Below, in pieces: positions 1-13,999 of a stretch of 64,000 bases of DNA. How positions within the stretch are numbered: position 1 is the stretch's first letter; each line of letters opens with the position of its first letter. Origin of the DNA: the human T2T-CHM13v2.0 reference genome, Homo sapiens. Under the pieces are notes generated by a model. The model worked only from the letters and a program-made list of their open reading frames with translations. It did no database searches and had not been told where the DNA came from. The DNA lies in the NCBI RefSeq assembly GCF_009914755.1, contig NC_060928.1. One strand, given 5' to 3'. Position numbers and translations under genes: made by a program.

Positions 1-1039
1 CTTCAGTCAAAAGAGATACATAAATGAAAATTACTTCCACCTTCACACACCACATGCTCAAAATAAAGTGGTGAAATATGAAGTGGAAAACTGCAATAAT
101 CACTTTATTAAGAAAGAGAAAAGATGAGAAGATGTAGCGATCACTGATCCTTAGCAATTCTAAAGTCCCATTGGTCAGGCATTAGTAAAGCCTGCTATCT
201 TTAGGGTGTAGGGGAATTCTTTAAGGAGGATTTGAATCCTTTCTCCAGAGAAGCCCCTTTGTCTTTATCTACTTTTTTGTGTGTGTATAAAGAGGGTTTG
301 AAAGACTACATCCTTGAGTGCTGTTCAGCTTTCACAGCCTTTTCCTTGTGAAAAGTATAAATGCCTAAATAATGTTTTAAGGCTGATAAAGTTAAAAATT
401 TTGTAAAATTTGGATTTGTGATTTCTTTGGCAATCGAATTATTCAAGACTATTGTAAGCTTTTGTCTATGGTTTCCAGTCTCTTCCATCTTCCATTAAAT
501 GCAGTCAAGTTCCTTCCTGGTGACAGGCTCAAGTGTGATTCCTTTGCTTCCTTGCCCCGTGGGCATCTGCCTTACTCTAATGCTGGCTTCCTTGAAGCCA
601 TTAGATTTGCTTGGGGAAGGTCAACCACTTCATCAGACTTTTGCTCTGAGTCACTTGATCCAACTGAGAGTTCGGTATCTGCCACACCTTAAATCTCATT
701 TTTCTTTGAATGCAATTGAGCCATTTTTATTGACCATTTTTAATTTTTCTGTTAACCTTTGCATTTAACATTTTAAAAAGTCAACACCAAAACAAAACAC
801 AATCTTAATTTCTTCCTGAATTATCTTCTTTCTTGTAATCACATACCAAACATAGACAAGAGGTGTTAAATTGCATTACTAATCTTATATTTTTCAAGTT
901 ATTCCTCATATCAACTTTTATACATATTTTGGCTGATAATTTTCTTAAAGTATTTACTGTTTCATTTTCTATTCTCCAACTTGTTTTTTTTTTTTTTAAC
1001 TACCTACTTCCCCTAAAACTCTGCCACACATTTGAATTT

Positions 1040-1346
1040 CTTAAAGCAGCAACCCATTTCAAGGTAGCAAAATTTCTACCTTAGTAAGGCTAGGCAACGT
1101 CCAACTTGGTTTGCATGGCCATTTTCTGTCATGGATCTGTGCCATCTGAAACATACAGCCTCCAAAGTCACTATGAAAGAGACATGTAAAGCAGACAAAC
1201 CATCTCAGCTCATAGGAGACACATATTGTTATCTGCATATTATTCGTTGACTGAACTCATTGCATGTTTCCAAAATGTTTGTAATGGGTACTGGGAAATA
1301 AAAAGGAGCTTATTGGACACCAGTGCACATCAACTGTCTATGCCAG
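1040..1346 (-). mobile_element. Old MaLR LTR remnant (MLT1J/K/L-like)
   Basis: Weak recalled similarity to MLT1 termini (ctgggaaat...tgtctatgcca); heavily diverged. Confidence 0.3.
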
Positions 1347-2008
1347 TGTCTATCTTAAGATTTCAAAACCCAGTATTATTTTGGTAGGATTTGCTTTTAT
1401 TTTTATTCACTCAGATCTGACCTCATAGTTAGCATACCTGTCCCTTTTCCCCAAGCTTCCAGCAAATCATATCCAGAAGCCAGATGTCAATTTCCTGCTC
1501 CATCCAAAATACAGCCCTGAAGCCAAGCTCACAAAACAAACAAGCAAACAAAAAAACTTACCTAGAGAGAGCAAGCTCCCAAATAGCCTTCTTTACCTGT
1601 TAGTTCAGGGGTGGGATGGGGGCAGACGTAGATCCAAAATGCTTTCTTAATATATGTTTTCTTTGACTTTTTCTCAATTTGGGAAATATTTTAATCTATT
1701 TGTATAAATATTGGGCACACATACATTCACATATATAAATTTTCATAAATATGCAAATTTTTAATTTTCTGCTGTTTTTTATGCCTTACTTCTCTTTTCT
1801 CTTTATTCTTCATCTCCATACGCAACAGTTTCTGTTACCATAACCAGAAACCCATACAAAAACCCTATATATTTTTATCAATCCTCCTATAACTATATAG
1901 ATACATATTTGTGTATATGCATGTATTAAACACATATAAAAGCTTATTTTGGCAATTATTTTAGAGACTTATATGTATCTTACTACTTCATATATATAAA
2001 TATATATA

Positions 2009-2308
2009 TTTTTTGGTTTTTTTTGAGACAGAATCTTGCTCTATTGCTCAGGCTGGAGTGCAATGGCACAATCTTGGCTCACTGCAAAACCTCCGCCTCC
2101 TGGGTTCAAGCAATTCTCCTGCCTCAGCCTCCTGAGTAGCTGGGATTACAGGCACCCACAACCACGCCCAGCTAATTTTGTATTTTTAGTAGAGACGTGG
2201 TTTTACCATGTTGGCCAGGCTGGTCTCGAACTCCTGACCTCAGGTGATCCACCTGCCTCGGCCTCCCAAGGTACTGGGATTACAGGCGTGAGCCACAATG
2301 GCCAACCA
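2009..2308 (-). mobile_element. Alu SINE, AluS (Sq/Sx-like), full length
   Basis: T-tail followed by gagacagaatcttgctct...ggagtgcaatggc...cctcaggtgatccacctgcctcggcctccc...gtgagccac; both arms present. Confidence 0.95.
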
Positions 2309-2439
2309 TTGTTTTACAAAATTATATGGGATATGTATATTTAGATTTTTAGTATATATACTTTATATACATATATGTATATAAATGAATATGTATGTAC
2401 ATATATACAGGATTTTATAAATAAAACTTTGAGAAATTT

Positions 2440-3250
2440 TGTACTAGCATATTATTTTTATTGACTACATGGTATTCTTGGTGTGGATTTGACTTCATTT
2501 ATTTAAGCATTTCTCATTTGCACATTTCCTTGGTTTGCTAGTCTTTGCCACTATAAGAATTTGTGCAATAAGTACGTTTTTGTGGCCATATACTTTTATT
2601 TCTGTGATAAAAATTCCCAGGAGTAAGACTGTGAAGTCAAAATGTATATGTATTTTTAATTTTAATAGATATTACTACATTGCTTTCCAAATAGGCTGTG
2701 ACAATATATGCATCCACCAATGATTTGTGAGATTATTCTTTTTCTCATATCCAGCACAATAGAGCTAGATTTAATTACAGTGCCATTAGAGAAGATGCTG
2801 ATCTAGTAGGACAAATGTATCTCATGGTTTTGGTTTTTCATGTTTTTTTTATGCTAATTTCCAGCCAGATTTACTGAATTAAAAAGAAAAAAATTATTGT
2901 GCCCTTCTAAAAGTATATAACTTCTATAATAATTTGGGAGAAATGAATACTGTTTTTCAAAATTATGAAATATTTTCATCCCAAGTATGTGGCTTACTTT
3001 TCCATTTGCTGAGATTTTCTTTATGTCTTCTGATATGATTTTATTGTGTTATTTATGTGGGTCCTTTGCCTTTCTAGTGGGCATTGTTTCTAGGCATTTT
3101 ATTGTTATTGTATCTATTGTGGAACAAACTGATTCCCAATTCAACTTCTGGCATGTCCTGCTATCCCAGAGATAAACTACAGATTTGTTTATAGCTTTTG
3201 TCAATTTTCAGTTTAGCAAAGCACTATCAGAAAATACTATTGGATAAACA
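2440..3250 (-). mobile_element. Old L1M (L1ME-like) 3'/ORF2 fragments
   Basis: Antisense L1 3' motifs (taggagtaagactg, cattgctttccaaataggctg, catccaccaatg); degraded. Confidence 0.55.
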
Positions 3251-3287
3251 GAATTACTGAATTTTTTAAAAAAATCTTTGCTTGATT

Positions 3288-3580
<293 letters not shown>

Positions 3581-3937
3581 TGGATGTTGGTTGATACTTA
3601 TCAGCACCTCAAAAAGGGAAAGACGAGAAGAATGAAGTTTTAGAGCTTGGACTGAATAACTGAATTTAAGACAAGCATTGCAAAGTTGGGAACTACTTGA
3701 GATTGGGCAGTGTGTATGACAGAATAACTGTAGACTCATGGGCATGGTGAGATGACGTCTTCCATCAAAATTTGGTCAACAGGCTTCTAGTCTTGATAAT
3801 TCAGACGTCTTGTGTTTTTGTTGATTCACATTGTATTTTCAGAGCATAAATATTTCATAGAACCACACTCTAATATATCTTTTATTTCCCTTAGTCTTAA
3901 TAATACAGTCACAAAAAAAGTATTCAGGTAACTGTAC

Positions 3938-3963
<26 letters not shown>
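3938..3963. repeat. Poly(T) run, 26 nt
   Basis: Direct count. Confidence 0.95.
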
Positions 3964-3969
<6 letters not shown>

Positions 3970-6900
3970 TGGGGGAAAACTACATTGGTTAAAGTTCTCA
4001 GACCTTTCCCTCTTTAGTCACTAGTCTGCCCACCATGGAGATTACATCACAGTCTGTGAACATAAGCCATTTAAATCTTCACTGTTTTTCTGCTGTATTG
4101 TGGATATACGAAAAGGCTCTGCTGGTAGTCTTTCCAACGTTTATCGGTACCAGATTTCTTTTGTTGTTTTTATTTGAAGGTCATTTGTTGGATCACTTGA
4201 TGGAACAATGTCTATGCAGCAGTTTTCCACACTATGGAGATGACACATTCAAACATCATAGCACAAAAAATTACCAAGAGAAGGATCTAATTCAGGGTTT
4301 GTAGTCATGTTTTAAACAGGAGATAATAGTACAGAAACTCTATTTCTGTGCAAGTTTGGCCACAAAGATTAACTCCAAGGAATGGTTGCTGAGTATTGTT
4401 ATTGTTAAGACAGATACCTCCATATCTAGGCATGATTTAATAGTTTTTTTAATATATATTTCTGACCATCTGATCCAGTATTTTATGGTCATCTAAAACA
4501 TCATTTGGTGCTTGAGTCCATTAATGGAGGAAATTATCTTCCTTATTACATGAAACTAGTGTCAGAAGAAATTAGCTGCCATCCAAATGAATGCAAGTAT
4601 AAACACAGTAATTATACAGGAGGTTTATTTTAATCTAAAGACAGGTATTGAATACACAAAAAGGGGTGACCAAAGGTTCCAAAAGCAAAACGAAGAATAA
4701 AATATTTATGGATATCATAAATAAGAGGTTAAGGAATCTGTTAATAATCTAGGCAATGAATACATGAAGAGGAAAGAATATAACTATGAGAGAAGAAATG
4801 TAAGCAGATTAAAACATGGCAAGCTGTGCCTCTAATCATTTGGAGTTTGTTTTCTGGATTGTGTGTAGAAACTGTCTCCTTTCTGTACTTATCGTCTTCA
4901 TCAAAGTTCTTGATAAAAGGTTATATCCTCTCAAAAATTGACTAGAAGCTTCTAAAGGGCCCTGGCCTAAGGTTTTAAGCTAAGATAGATTTTCATGATT
5001 TGAAGAAGGCTTAGATCTCTTAAATTGTGAGATAGAAAGCTAAGTCTCAAAGTTGTAGAGTTTTATTGTTGCTGTAGCTGTTGACAACCTCTAGTAATCA
5101 TTTTCCTTGAGGCTCAACTACACATATTCTTTGATGTCTCACCCAGAAGATAAAATTTCCTGTACCAGAATCAGAATTATAAGAGTGGAATCACTTTTTG
5201 AGATGTAGCACAAAATTAATATATAATGATGCGTTTAATTATACTCCAGGGGTAAATAATGCTATATAAAGTGAGAGTACTGAAAATCTTCAGGGTTTCT
5301 TGGCTTATATCTTATATTATGATTATCCCTGACTAACAACGAAATTAGAACATAGTAATTTAGGAATACATCTTTTGGTAGAAAGCTTCTTTAAACAGTC
5401 TTTGACTATAAAAACAAATGTGTCCTTGAGAACTACACAGTTATTTAAATATATTGGTATTTGTAATTTATACATAGTTATGAAAATTGAAATTTATTTT
5501 TTTGGTCAGGATTTTTAGCCTAAATTCAATCAACTAAAGAGCTTTAGTAGGAGTATTAAGTTAATCAAAATTTAAATAACGCCAAAGAATCCTAATTATT
5601 TCTATTAAATTCACTTTATATGGAGAAAGAGCAAAACTTTATGTTACCTGGTGATTGTTCCAAGAAACCCCTCTCTGCACAAGTTAAAGTTTATAAGGCT
5701 TTTTCATAGTTTAGTTTGCTTTGAAATTTAGAATCTGAATTGGGGAAAGACAAAAAAATACTGAGAGGGGTCATCAGAAGAGACAAATAGTAAGGAAATA
5801 ATGGTATATAAATAAAGAAGTGGTTATAAAAATGTTTCGAAAATACACAGCAAAAAATATCACTGAATATTAAGAACTTAATTCTTTTTCAAAAATAAAG
5901 ACATTTTGTCAAAATGATTCAGGATTATTTCAAAAATTTCAACTAATTAGGTAAATATTTTGATAATGCAAATTGTATCTAGATACAGAAAAATGTGGTC
6001 ACTTTATAGAAAGAGAACACTAATTCTAATTTTGTTTTTTACGTATCTCCCATACAACAATGTTTGGTAAATTATTCATAAGTCTTCTTCTTCATGAATA
6101 AAACCCTTAACATTGACACTACTTTGTAAAACTTAAACAAAATACACTTTCTTTTTTCAAATTCACAGTTCATAGACATCATCAAACCAGAGATACAAGC
6201 TTATCTTTCAGGTCTTTTACATTTTTCCTGTGGTCTCAAATTTGTCTTCTATTTTATTTTAAAATTATTTATAAATATTTAAAATTAATTAATGTTAATG
6301 GACACATGAATAAAAAACGTTTTAAGTTTGGCATTGAATTATGCAAATGATAAAATTAAGTCTAGATTGTCATTTTGGAATTGTTTTAATAGATGTATCA
6401 TTATGTAAAATAAAATTCTATGCATGTAAAAATTCCCTTAAGAAAACCCTTCTTTGTTATCTCTGATTTGTATTTTATTTCTCAGATCATTTAAAATAAT
6501 TATCTACTTTGGAATATTTGCTAGAATTTTGTTTGTATACAAGATAAAACTAAAGACAGAAACAAAGAACTATCTATTTTACTAACTGTTTCTCCACAGA
6601 ATATGTTTAACTGACAAATTTTCAGGTGATTACATGTGTATATACATGAACACATATTCTGTTAATGGAGTTATTTTTCTATAAAAAATTTAAAATGTTA
6701 GTTTAAACTTTGGTTAGTTAATAAAACATCTATTTTTTAATATAGAAATTTTACAGGTTTCTAAAGACTATTAATTTAAATTTAATATGTGTCTAGGCTC
6801 TTTACATTGATCAAAATCGTAAAATTGTAATTTAAGCCAAGAAAACATTTTTTAATGATTTGCAGGATTACGAGATGTCATAGTAATAAACCCTTTGAAC

Positions 6901-8741
6901 TTGAATAATAAACTCTTTAAAAGAGATAAAATATTAAACTATAATTTCATTAAGCATAACTTTATATTTTAAGATTTAAGCAATTTGTGGAAATAATTTA
7001 CCATAGAATTATGGGCCCTTAGAAATATGCTAGAGATGCAAACAGTGTGAATTGAGAATTAAATGCAGGTCTTCTGCCAAGTAAAATGTATCCTAACATT
7101 TTTTCCCCTCTGTTATAAATCAAAGACAAGATACAATTATTTTTAATACAAAAAATAATTTGTTCAATAACATTTCCACATATTATGAATATAATGTAAA
7201 CTCTTTTGAATATAAATCTCATTTGCACATATAAAAGAATACTTGCAAAGCTCTAAGAGTATAACTTTTCTTCTTGTAAAAGTACAAAGATTTTTACTCA
7301 AACTCAAAATTGTTTCACTACTACACAAAGTAATAAAAATATTTAGTATTTTTTATATATTTTGCATATTATTGAAAATGTACTTAATTGGTTCTTTCTA
7401 AAGTATAAACAAAAACTTCAGAACAATATTTTATGGTCGATAAATAGCAAAAATTTCCTATTACTATATGATTAAAAAGCTAGTAAATATTAATCTACGA
7501 AGTATGAAACCAATGAAGAGAGTTGTTCTTTTATATGGATCTAAGTAGACTGTCTTCTAGAACTGAAGAATAACTTTACTAAATGCATTTCCCTTTCGTT
7601 TGCTGATGAATGTCTCAACTGGACTTGTGTTACTCATTTTCTGTCTAAATACTCTTTAAAATGTTAATAAAAAGAAAAAGGAAAATGCAGAAATTTTACA
7701 AGTAAAATTCTAATTACAGAAATTTTTACAAGTAAAATTACATGTTGGTAACTTTATTTTTTCCTCTTTCTCTCTATTTTTCTTTCTCTCTCCCTCCCCC
7801 CTCCTCTTTCTTTTCCTCTCTTTAGTATACTTAGCTTAATACTGGGAAAACTTGAATATTTATAGCTCCAGAGAAGAGGCCAGTGGATGGCGGAAAATAA
7901 ATTTTAGAATGTTATGTAGTTATATTTCAGTTAAATTTAGAGTATTTCTTGCCTTTTTTTAAATTTTGAGTTTTCTTTAGTTAACAGAGGTGGAATATTG
8001 ATTTTAATACCATTATAATCTTCTGTGTTACCAAAAGCTTTATGGAAATATTTACTGGAAACGTCTCACTACCCAAAAGCTTTAAAGTAACTGGAAATTT
8101 TAATAAAAATTGGACACTATTTTCAGTGATAATGTAAAAATCCTACACTCATTACTATTATAAATCTTGTGGCAAAACACTAGATTTGTAGAGATCTCAT
8201 AGATAGCTTTTAAATTTTATAATGTGCACATAGAGATGGGTGGATAAATGTTCTTTTAGTAGCTATGGAAGCAAAGTCATATTAGATCACTTTATTGTCA
8301 TTAACATTTTGGAACATGCTAATTTTATGTTAGACAACTGGCTAGCAGATGGATAGCAGAAAGACAGAACTTCCAAATTACACATAAATATGCTTGTAAA
8401 ATGAATTAGGATAGAATAAAATAGCAGAAATAAGTAATGAAGACCCACCCAAAGGATAAATCAATATAGGTACCATACAATATTCCTTTCATTGTTCAGT
8501 TTTTATATCCAGAAAATATTCCCATCATTTAAAGTCAACTAATTTTAAATAGTATCTTACTATAACATAGAACGCATGTTGCAGTACAATCACAGACAAA
8601 TGGCTTACCAGTTAAAATCCTGTGATTAAAATCCAACAGAATTCTCTTGAACTTTTGCCTTCACATCAAGCAGAGCTTTTACATTTATTTTTCATTTACC
8701 CAAACTTCTGGGTCACAATATGATAATTTAAAAAATTAAAG

Positions 8742-11495
8742 TGGTGACACTATAAGATGACAAACTAGGAGTTCTTTGGTTTTACTCCTCTCCGCAGAAA
8801 TTCAACTAGTAGCTATCCACAGACAAGAATACTACTGTGAGTATACCAGAACTTGGAAGTGAAGCTGAGATATCCTCTCGGACCACAAAACCAAGAAAAG
8901 CCTTGATCAAATGGTAAGAGGGATGGCTGTCTTTGACTGTGTCACCGCTTCTCCAGGACAGCATAGCACCACACAGAGAGAATTTCCCCAGACTTTGAGT
9001 TTTTATAGTGGGAAAAGTGAGTTGGAAGTGAACATTCAGCTTCTGTGATCCTTCACAGGAGGCTCACACCTGATTCATTTCATAGGAAACCTTGGTTATA
9101 TCAATAAGCTAAACCATCTGGGGTCAGTTAGAAACCAAGAACAGGGATGGGGCTCACAGCAACAAGCATGTAGATCTTGGTGGTTGCTCTGCATGTTAGC
9201 CAATGAAGAAAACTACCCACCAGCAGTTTTCTGCATTACACTGCAGAAAACATGGTCAGTGGGTCTTCCAGGCTTAAATCTCTGGATGGATTCCCAATAC
9301 AGCCCAGGAGCTCTCATTGAGTCTTCCCCAGGTTAATTTTAGCCAGCCACTGTGCCAACCATTAAAGCCAAAAGGCTTCAGTCAGGATGGTGCCAGCTGC
9401 AGCAATCCTGGACTTAGTGTGCCCTCTAGTGCTACAACAGCTGCAGTGGTCATGGGTTTAGGGATCACAACCTGCTCAGAATGTCTGGACAGGTTTACTG
9501 TTGAGGACATTCTCAGTCAAAGCCAGACTGCAAAATCTTCAATAAATATATAATCTTTAAATGAATAGATATTGATGCACAACTAAAAGGATCAAGAACA
9601 ACCAGGGAAATATTATTATATCACCAAACAGACAAAATAAGCTGCCGGTGACTGACCATAAAGTAAAAGGGATGAATTAACTGCATTCTAAAGAAATTAA
9701 AATAGCTCTTTAAAGAAAACTCAGCAAACTTAAATAAAACATAGAGTAATGCATCAGAAATTTAGAGAAATTTAAGAGATTGAAATAATAATAAAAAAAC
9801 AAGCAGAAATTCTAGAGCTGAAAACACAATGAGCAAAATGAAAAATAAAATAGAGAGCGTCAACAGCAGACAGAAAGAATCTGTGACCTCAAGACAGGTT
9901 ATTGGAAAACATATTGCTAGAGGAGAAAGGAGAAAAAAATAATGAAAAGTAGTGAAGAAAGCTTACTGGACTTACAGGACACAATTACAAAGGCAAATGT
10001 TTGAGTTATTGGTGTCAAGAGGGAGTAAAGAAAGATAAAGGGAGTAGTGTATTTATAGAAATAATGGTAAAAAAAAAAAAAACTTTCCAACCCTGTAGAA
10101 GGATATAAATATCCAAGAACAGGAAGGTCAAGAGTCTCCACTCAGATTCAATTCAATTAAGACTACCCCATGACATAACGTAGTCAAACTTTCAAAATCA
10201 AAGACAAAGAAAGCATTCTGATAGTAGCAAGAGAAAGAAACAAATAATATGTAAGGGAGTTCCAACACACCTAACAGCAAATTTCTCAGCAGAAATCTTA
10301 CAGGCCAGAAGACAGTAGGATGATATATTCAAGGTGCTGAATGAACAAAACAAAACAAAACAAAACTGACAATTAAGAAAATAGCACCCAGCAAAGCTCC
10401 CTTCAGAAATGAAGAAGAGATAAGACTTTCTCAGATAAATAAAAGCTGAGGGAGTTCATTATCACAAGACCTACCTTACAAGAAATGCTAAGAGAGTTCT
10501 TCAAGCTAAAACATACAAAAAATGTTAATGGGTAACACAAAAACATTGAAAGTACAAAATCCACTAGAAAAAGTAAGCGCACAGTCAGAGTCAGAATCCT
10601 TTAATTCTCTGTTGGTGGTATATGAATTGTTTGTATCTTTAGTATGAGGATTAAAATAAAAATGTTAAAAGTAATAATAATTACAATAATTTTAAGGAAT
10701 ATGCAATGTGAGGAGGTGTAAATTGTGACAACAAAAATTCAAAATGGAGGGAAGTGAGTAAAGTGTAGAAGGTTTTATTTGCAATCAATATTAAATTGTT
10801 ATTAACTTATATAGTTATAGAGTTAAAACTGTACAATGTTTTGTCTAAGTTTCATGGTAACTACAAAGCAAAATCTTACACACACAAAATAAAAACAAGA
10901 AATCAAAACATACTGCTAAAGAAAAATTAAGCAAAAAAAAGATAGAGGTAAGGAAAGTATCTGCAAAACTACAGCATAAATAACAAAATGGCAGTAATAA
11001 ATTTTTACCTATGAATAATTACTTTAAACATAAATGGATTAAATTTGCTTATTAAAAGCCATAGTATCGTGCAATGGGTTAAAAAAAAACAACAACACAA
11101 GACCCACTTATATGCTGCCAACAACACCACCAAAAAACAAAACAAAACAAAAAACAAAAAAGCATACTTCACCTTCAAGGAAACATATAGAATGAAATGA
11201 TGGGATAGAAAAAGATATTCCACAAAACTGGATATTTAAAAAGAGCAGAATAGCTATATTCAGATAAAATAAACTATAAATTTAAAACTGTTAAAAGAAG
11301 ACAGATGAGGTATCATATACTGATAAAGGGGTCAGTTTAGCAAGGGGATATCACAAATGTAAATAAAAATGCACCCAATATTAGATCACCTAAATATATA
11401 AAGCAAACATTAATAGATCTGAAGGTGAAATTAGACTGCAATACAATAATAGCAGGAGATTTTTAAACCCACTTTCAGCAATCGACAGACATAGC
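8742..11495 (+). mobile_element. Decayed L1M (L1MA/L1M1-2 type) 5' part: 5'UTR, ORF1, start of ORF2 endonuclease
   Basis: 5' start aagatgacaaactaggag; ORF1 motifs (cagcagaaatcttacaggccagaag); ORF2 start at ~10988 reads MAVINFYL*IITLNINGLN, matching L1 EN TLNVNGLN; ends after the EN ataatagcaggagattt motif. Confidence 0.9.
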
Positions 11496-11496
11496 C

Positions 11497-12166
11497 TTCT
11501 TCAGTGGTGAAGCCCTCACAGAAGCCCTGCTAGCCTTCACAGAAGCCCTCCTATTGTAGAGGGGAAATATAGCATTGGATACCCAACAGAGAGTTCCCAC
11601 TGGGGCACTGCCTAGTGGAACTGTGGGAAGGGGCCCACCATCCTCCAGATTTGAGAATGATAGAACCACCAGCAGCTTGCACCCTGCACCTGGAAAAGCA
11701 ACAGGTCAAATTGAGCCTATGAGAACAGCCCCAGGAGCTGGAACCTGCAAAGCTGCAAAGGTGGAGCTGTCCAAGGCACTAGAAGCCCACCCCTTGCACC
11801 AATGTGCCCTGGAGGTGGGACATGGTGTCAAAGGGATTATTTTGGAGATTTAAGATTTAATGACTGCCTTGCTGTGTTCTGAACTTGCACGGGGCCTGTA
11901 GTCCTTTTAATTTGGTTGATTTCTTTTGGAATGGAAATGATTATCCAATGCCTACACTTCCATTGTACCTTGGAAGTAAACAACATTTTTTAAAAAATTT
12001 TATAGGTTCATAAGTAGAAGGGATTTGCCTTCTTTCAGATTAGATTTTGGACTAATAACTAGTTAATGCTGGAATGAGTTAAGACTTTGGGGGACTGTTG
12101 GGAAGGCATGATTTTATTATGCAATGTGAGAAGGACATGAGATTTGGGAGAGGACAGGGGCAGAAA
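11497..12166 (+). mobile_element. MaLR internal sequence (MST-int/THE1-int), 3' half
   Basis: gagttcccactggggcactgcctagtgga, cagcttgcaccctgcacctggaaaagc, polypurine tract ggagaggacaggggcagaa directly before the LTR. Confidence 0.9.
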
Positions 12167-12570
12167 TGATATAGTTTGGATTTTTGCCCCTGCTCAAATC
12201 TCATGTTAAGCTATAATTCCCAATGCTGCAGATGGGGCCTTGTGGGAAGTGTTTGGATCATGCGAGCAGATCCCTCATGGCTTGGTGCTGTCTTTGTGAT
12301 AGTGTGTTCTCATGAGAGATGGTCATTTAAAAGTGTGTGGTATCTCCTCCCTGCAGTATTTCTGTCTTGTTCCTGCTCTGGCCATGAGCTGTGCCTACTC
12401 CCCTTTGCCTTTGACCACGAGGAAAACCTTCCTGAGACCTCCCTAGAAGTAAATGTCAGTGCTATGCTTCCTGTACAGCCTGTGGAAGCATGGGCCAATT
12501 AAACCTCTCTTCTTATAAATTACCCAGGCTCAGGTATTTCTTGACAGCAGTGCAATAATGGCCTAACACA
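12167..12570 (+). mobile_element. MaLR 3' LTR, MSTA-like
   Basis: tgatatagtttgga...gatccctcatggcttggtgctg...attaaacctctcttcttataaattacccag...ctaacaca. Confidence 0.9.
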
Positions 12571-13348
12571 CATAATTTAAAATTAATAAATTTGAAAAAT
12601 AAAGATTGCATTTTTTTATTTGAACATTTCAGAGTAAGATAGAATGCAAATTTTAAATATTTAAGGATAAATAGTGGCATAGTGGTGAATAGGTGTTATG
12701 AGATTTGCTCTTTGTTTTATTCATTAATTTAGAAAGCACACGTTTTAAATTTGTTAGGAATTTTACATTTTTCGGTTCTTCTAAAAGTGCAAAAATCAAT
12801 TGGCTTTGGGAAGCAGAAATCTCCTATGTGAGATTAAGTGTAATATTTAAATGTGCCTTTTAGTTATACACATATAAAATAGCTACCTACTCATTTTTTC
12901 TTGGGTGATATCTAAATTCACTGAAAGAAAGCATGCCTGCTTCAGATGGCATTATTGGGTATTCTGTTTAGGAGTGGATGCTGAGCTTTGTTAGTGTAAT
13001 ATAAATTGAACATAGGCTTTGGAGTTTATATTGTCTTTAGTGGAAAGCTGCTCTTCTATATGAGTGAGTTAATTGTTGTTTGGCAGAGAAGTTGGGGCTT
13101 CTGGTTGCACCATTGTCTATCGAGCACCTTGCTTGGCCAGAACTCCTAAGAGACTTTCAGGAGGATCATCCAAGTCAATATCCTTCTCAGCACAATGGAG
13201 AAAATACTGAAAAGGAACTATGGCTTATTTTGGCACCATGCAACCAGACTGATGTGTTAGTGTACACCTGATATTTGAAATTCATTAGCCAGAGTTAATG
13301 TCATTTGTTGTCTGTGTTCTTTGTTTTATTTTATTTTCTTTATTTCTC

Positions 13349-13992
13349 TGCTAAAGAAAAACAGAGTTGGGTAATAGTTTGTGTGGTAAAGCAGATCTTA
13401 ATCAGGAACTCTTGCAATAGAGGAGAAGAGACTCCATTATAAACCAAACTCAATTTGAAATACAACAATAAAATTGTGTGTTCATAGCCAAGGAATAGTT
13501 TGGGTTGGGGGTGGAGCTCAGTAAATGAAAATTCACTAAGAAAAAAATTCAGGGATAAAGGGAGATTCTGGTTAAGTTGACCTAAGAGGATTCTTGCTGA
13601 AGGCAGACCAGGGTGAGCAGACATCATCTGCAGGATGGTGGGTGGGGATAAAAGTTTGAAACCAGCCTGACTAACATGGTGAAACCCAGTCTCTACTAAA
13701 AATACAAAATTAGCAGGTCATGGTGGCACACTCCTGTAATCTCAGCTACTTGGGAGGCCAAAGCAAGAGAATCACTTGAACCTGGAAGGCAGAGGCTGCA
13801 GTGAGCCTAGATCGCGCCATTAGACTTCAACCTGAGCCATAAGAGTAAGGAGGGGTTTGTTCTAAACAGGCTTACCAGAATTCTTGCTGCAACTGGTGGT
13901 GCAACGCGGCAGGAACAGGCACTGAAGATCTACACCTAGAGGGCTTAAAGGAGCCTGAATAGAGTTTGGCCAAGGAGAAAATCTTTTTGTTA
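13349..13992 (-). mobile_element. ERV1 LTR, MER31-like, interrupted by an Alu fragment
   Basis: Reverse complement of right end reads ctccttggccaaactctattcaggctcc like the MER31 start; repeated gattcttgctg motifs. Confidence 0.75.
13653..13848 (+). mobile_element. AluS fragment lacking 5' end and poly(A) tail
   Basis: gtttgaaaccagcctgactaacatggtgaaacc...ctactaaaaatacaaaattagc...gcagtgagcc...ataagagtaa, then LTR sequence resumes with no A tail. Confidence 0.9.
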
Positions 13993-13999
13993 CCTTTCA

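Noticed and set aside
306-768. Overlapping short ORFs in a slightly GC-richer stretch
   Set aside because: No recognisable protein similarity or convincing splice sites; an unannotated exon or ancient repeat cannot be excluded without a search.
7688-7740. Short tandem duplications (cagaaattttacaagtaaaatt x2; similar at ~22270-22315 and ~35105-35147)
   Set aside because: Ordinary slippage duplications with no further structure.
13080-13271. 63-aa ORF in non-repeat-looking sequence
   Set aside because: TTG start, no recognisable homology, no clear donor site.
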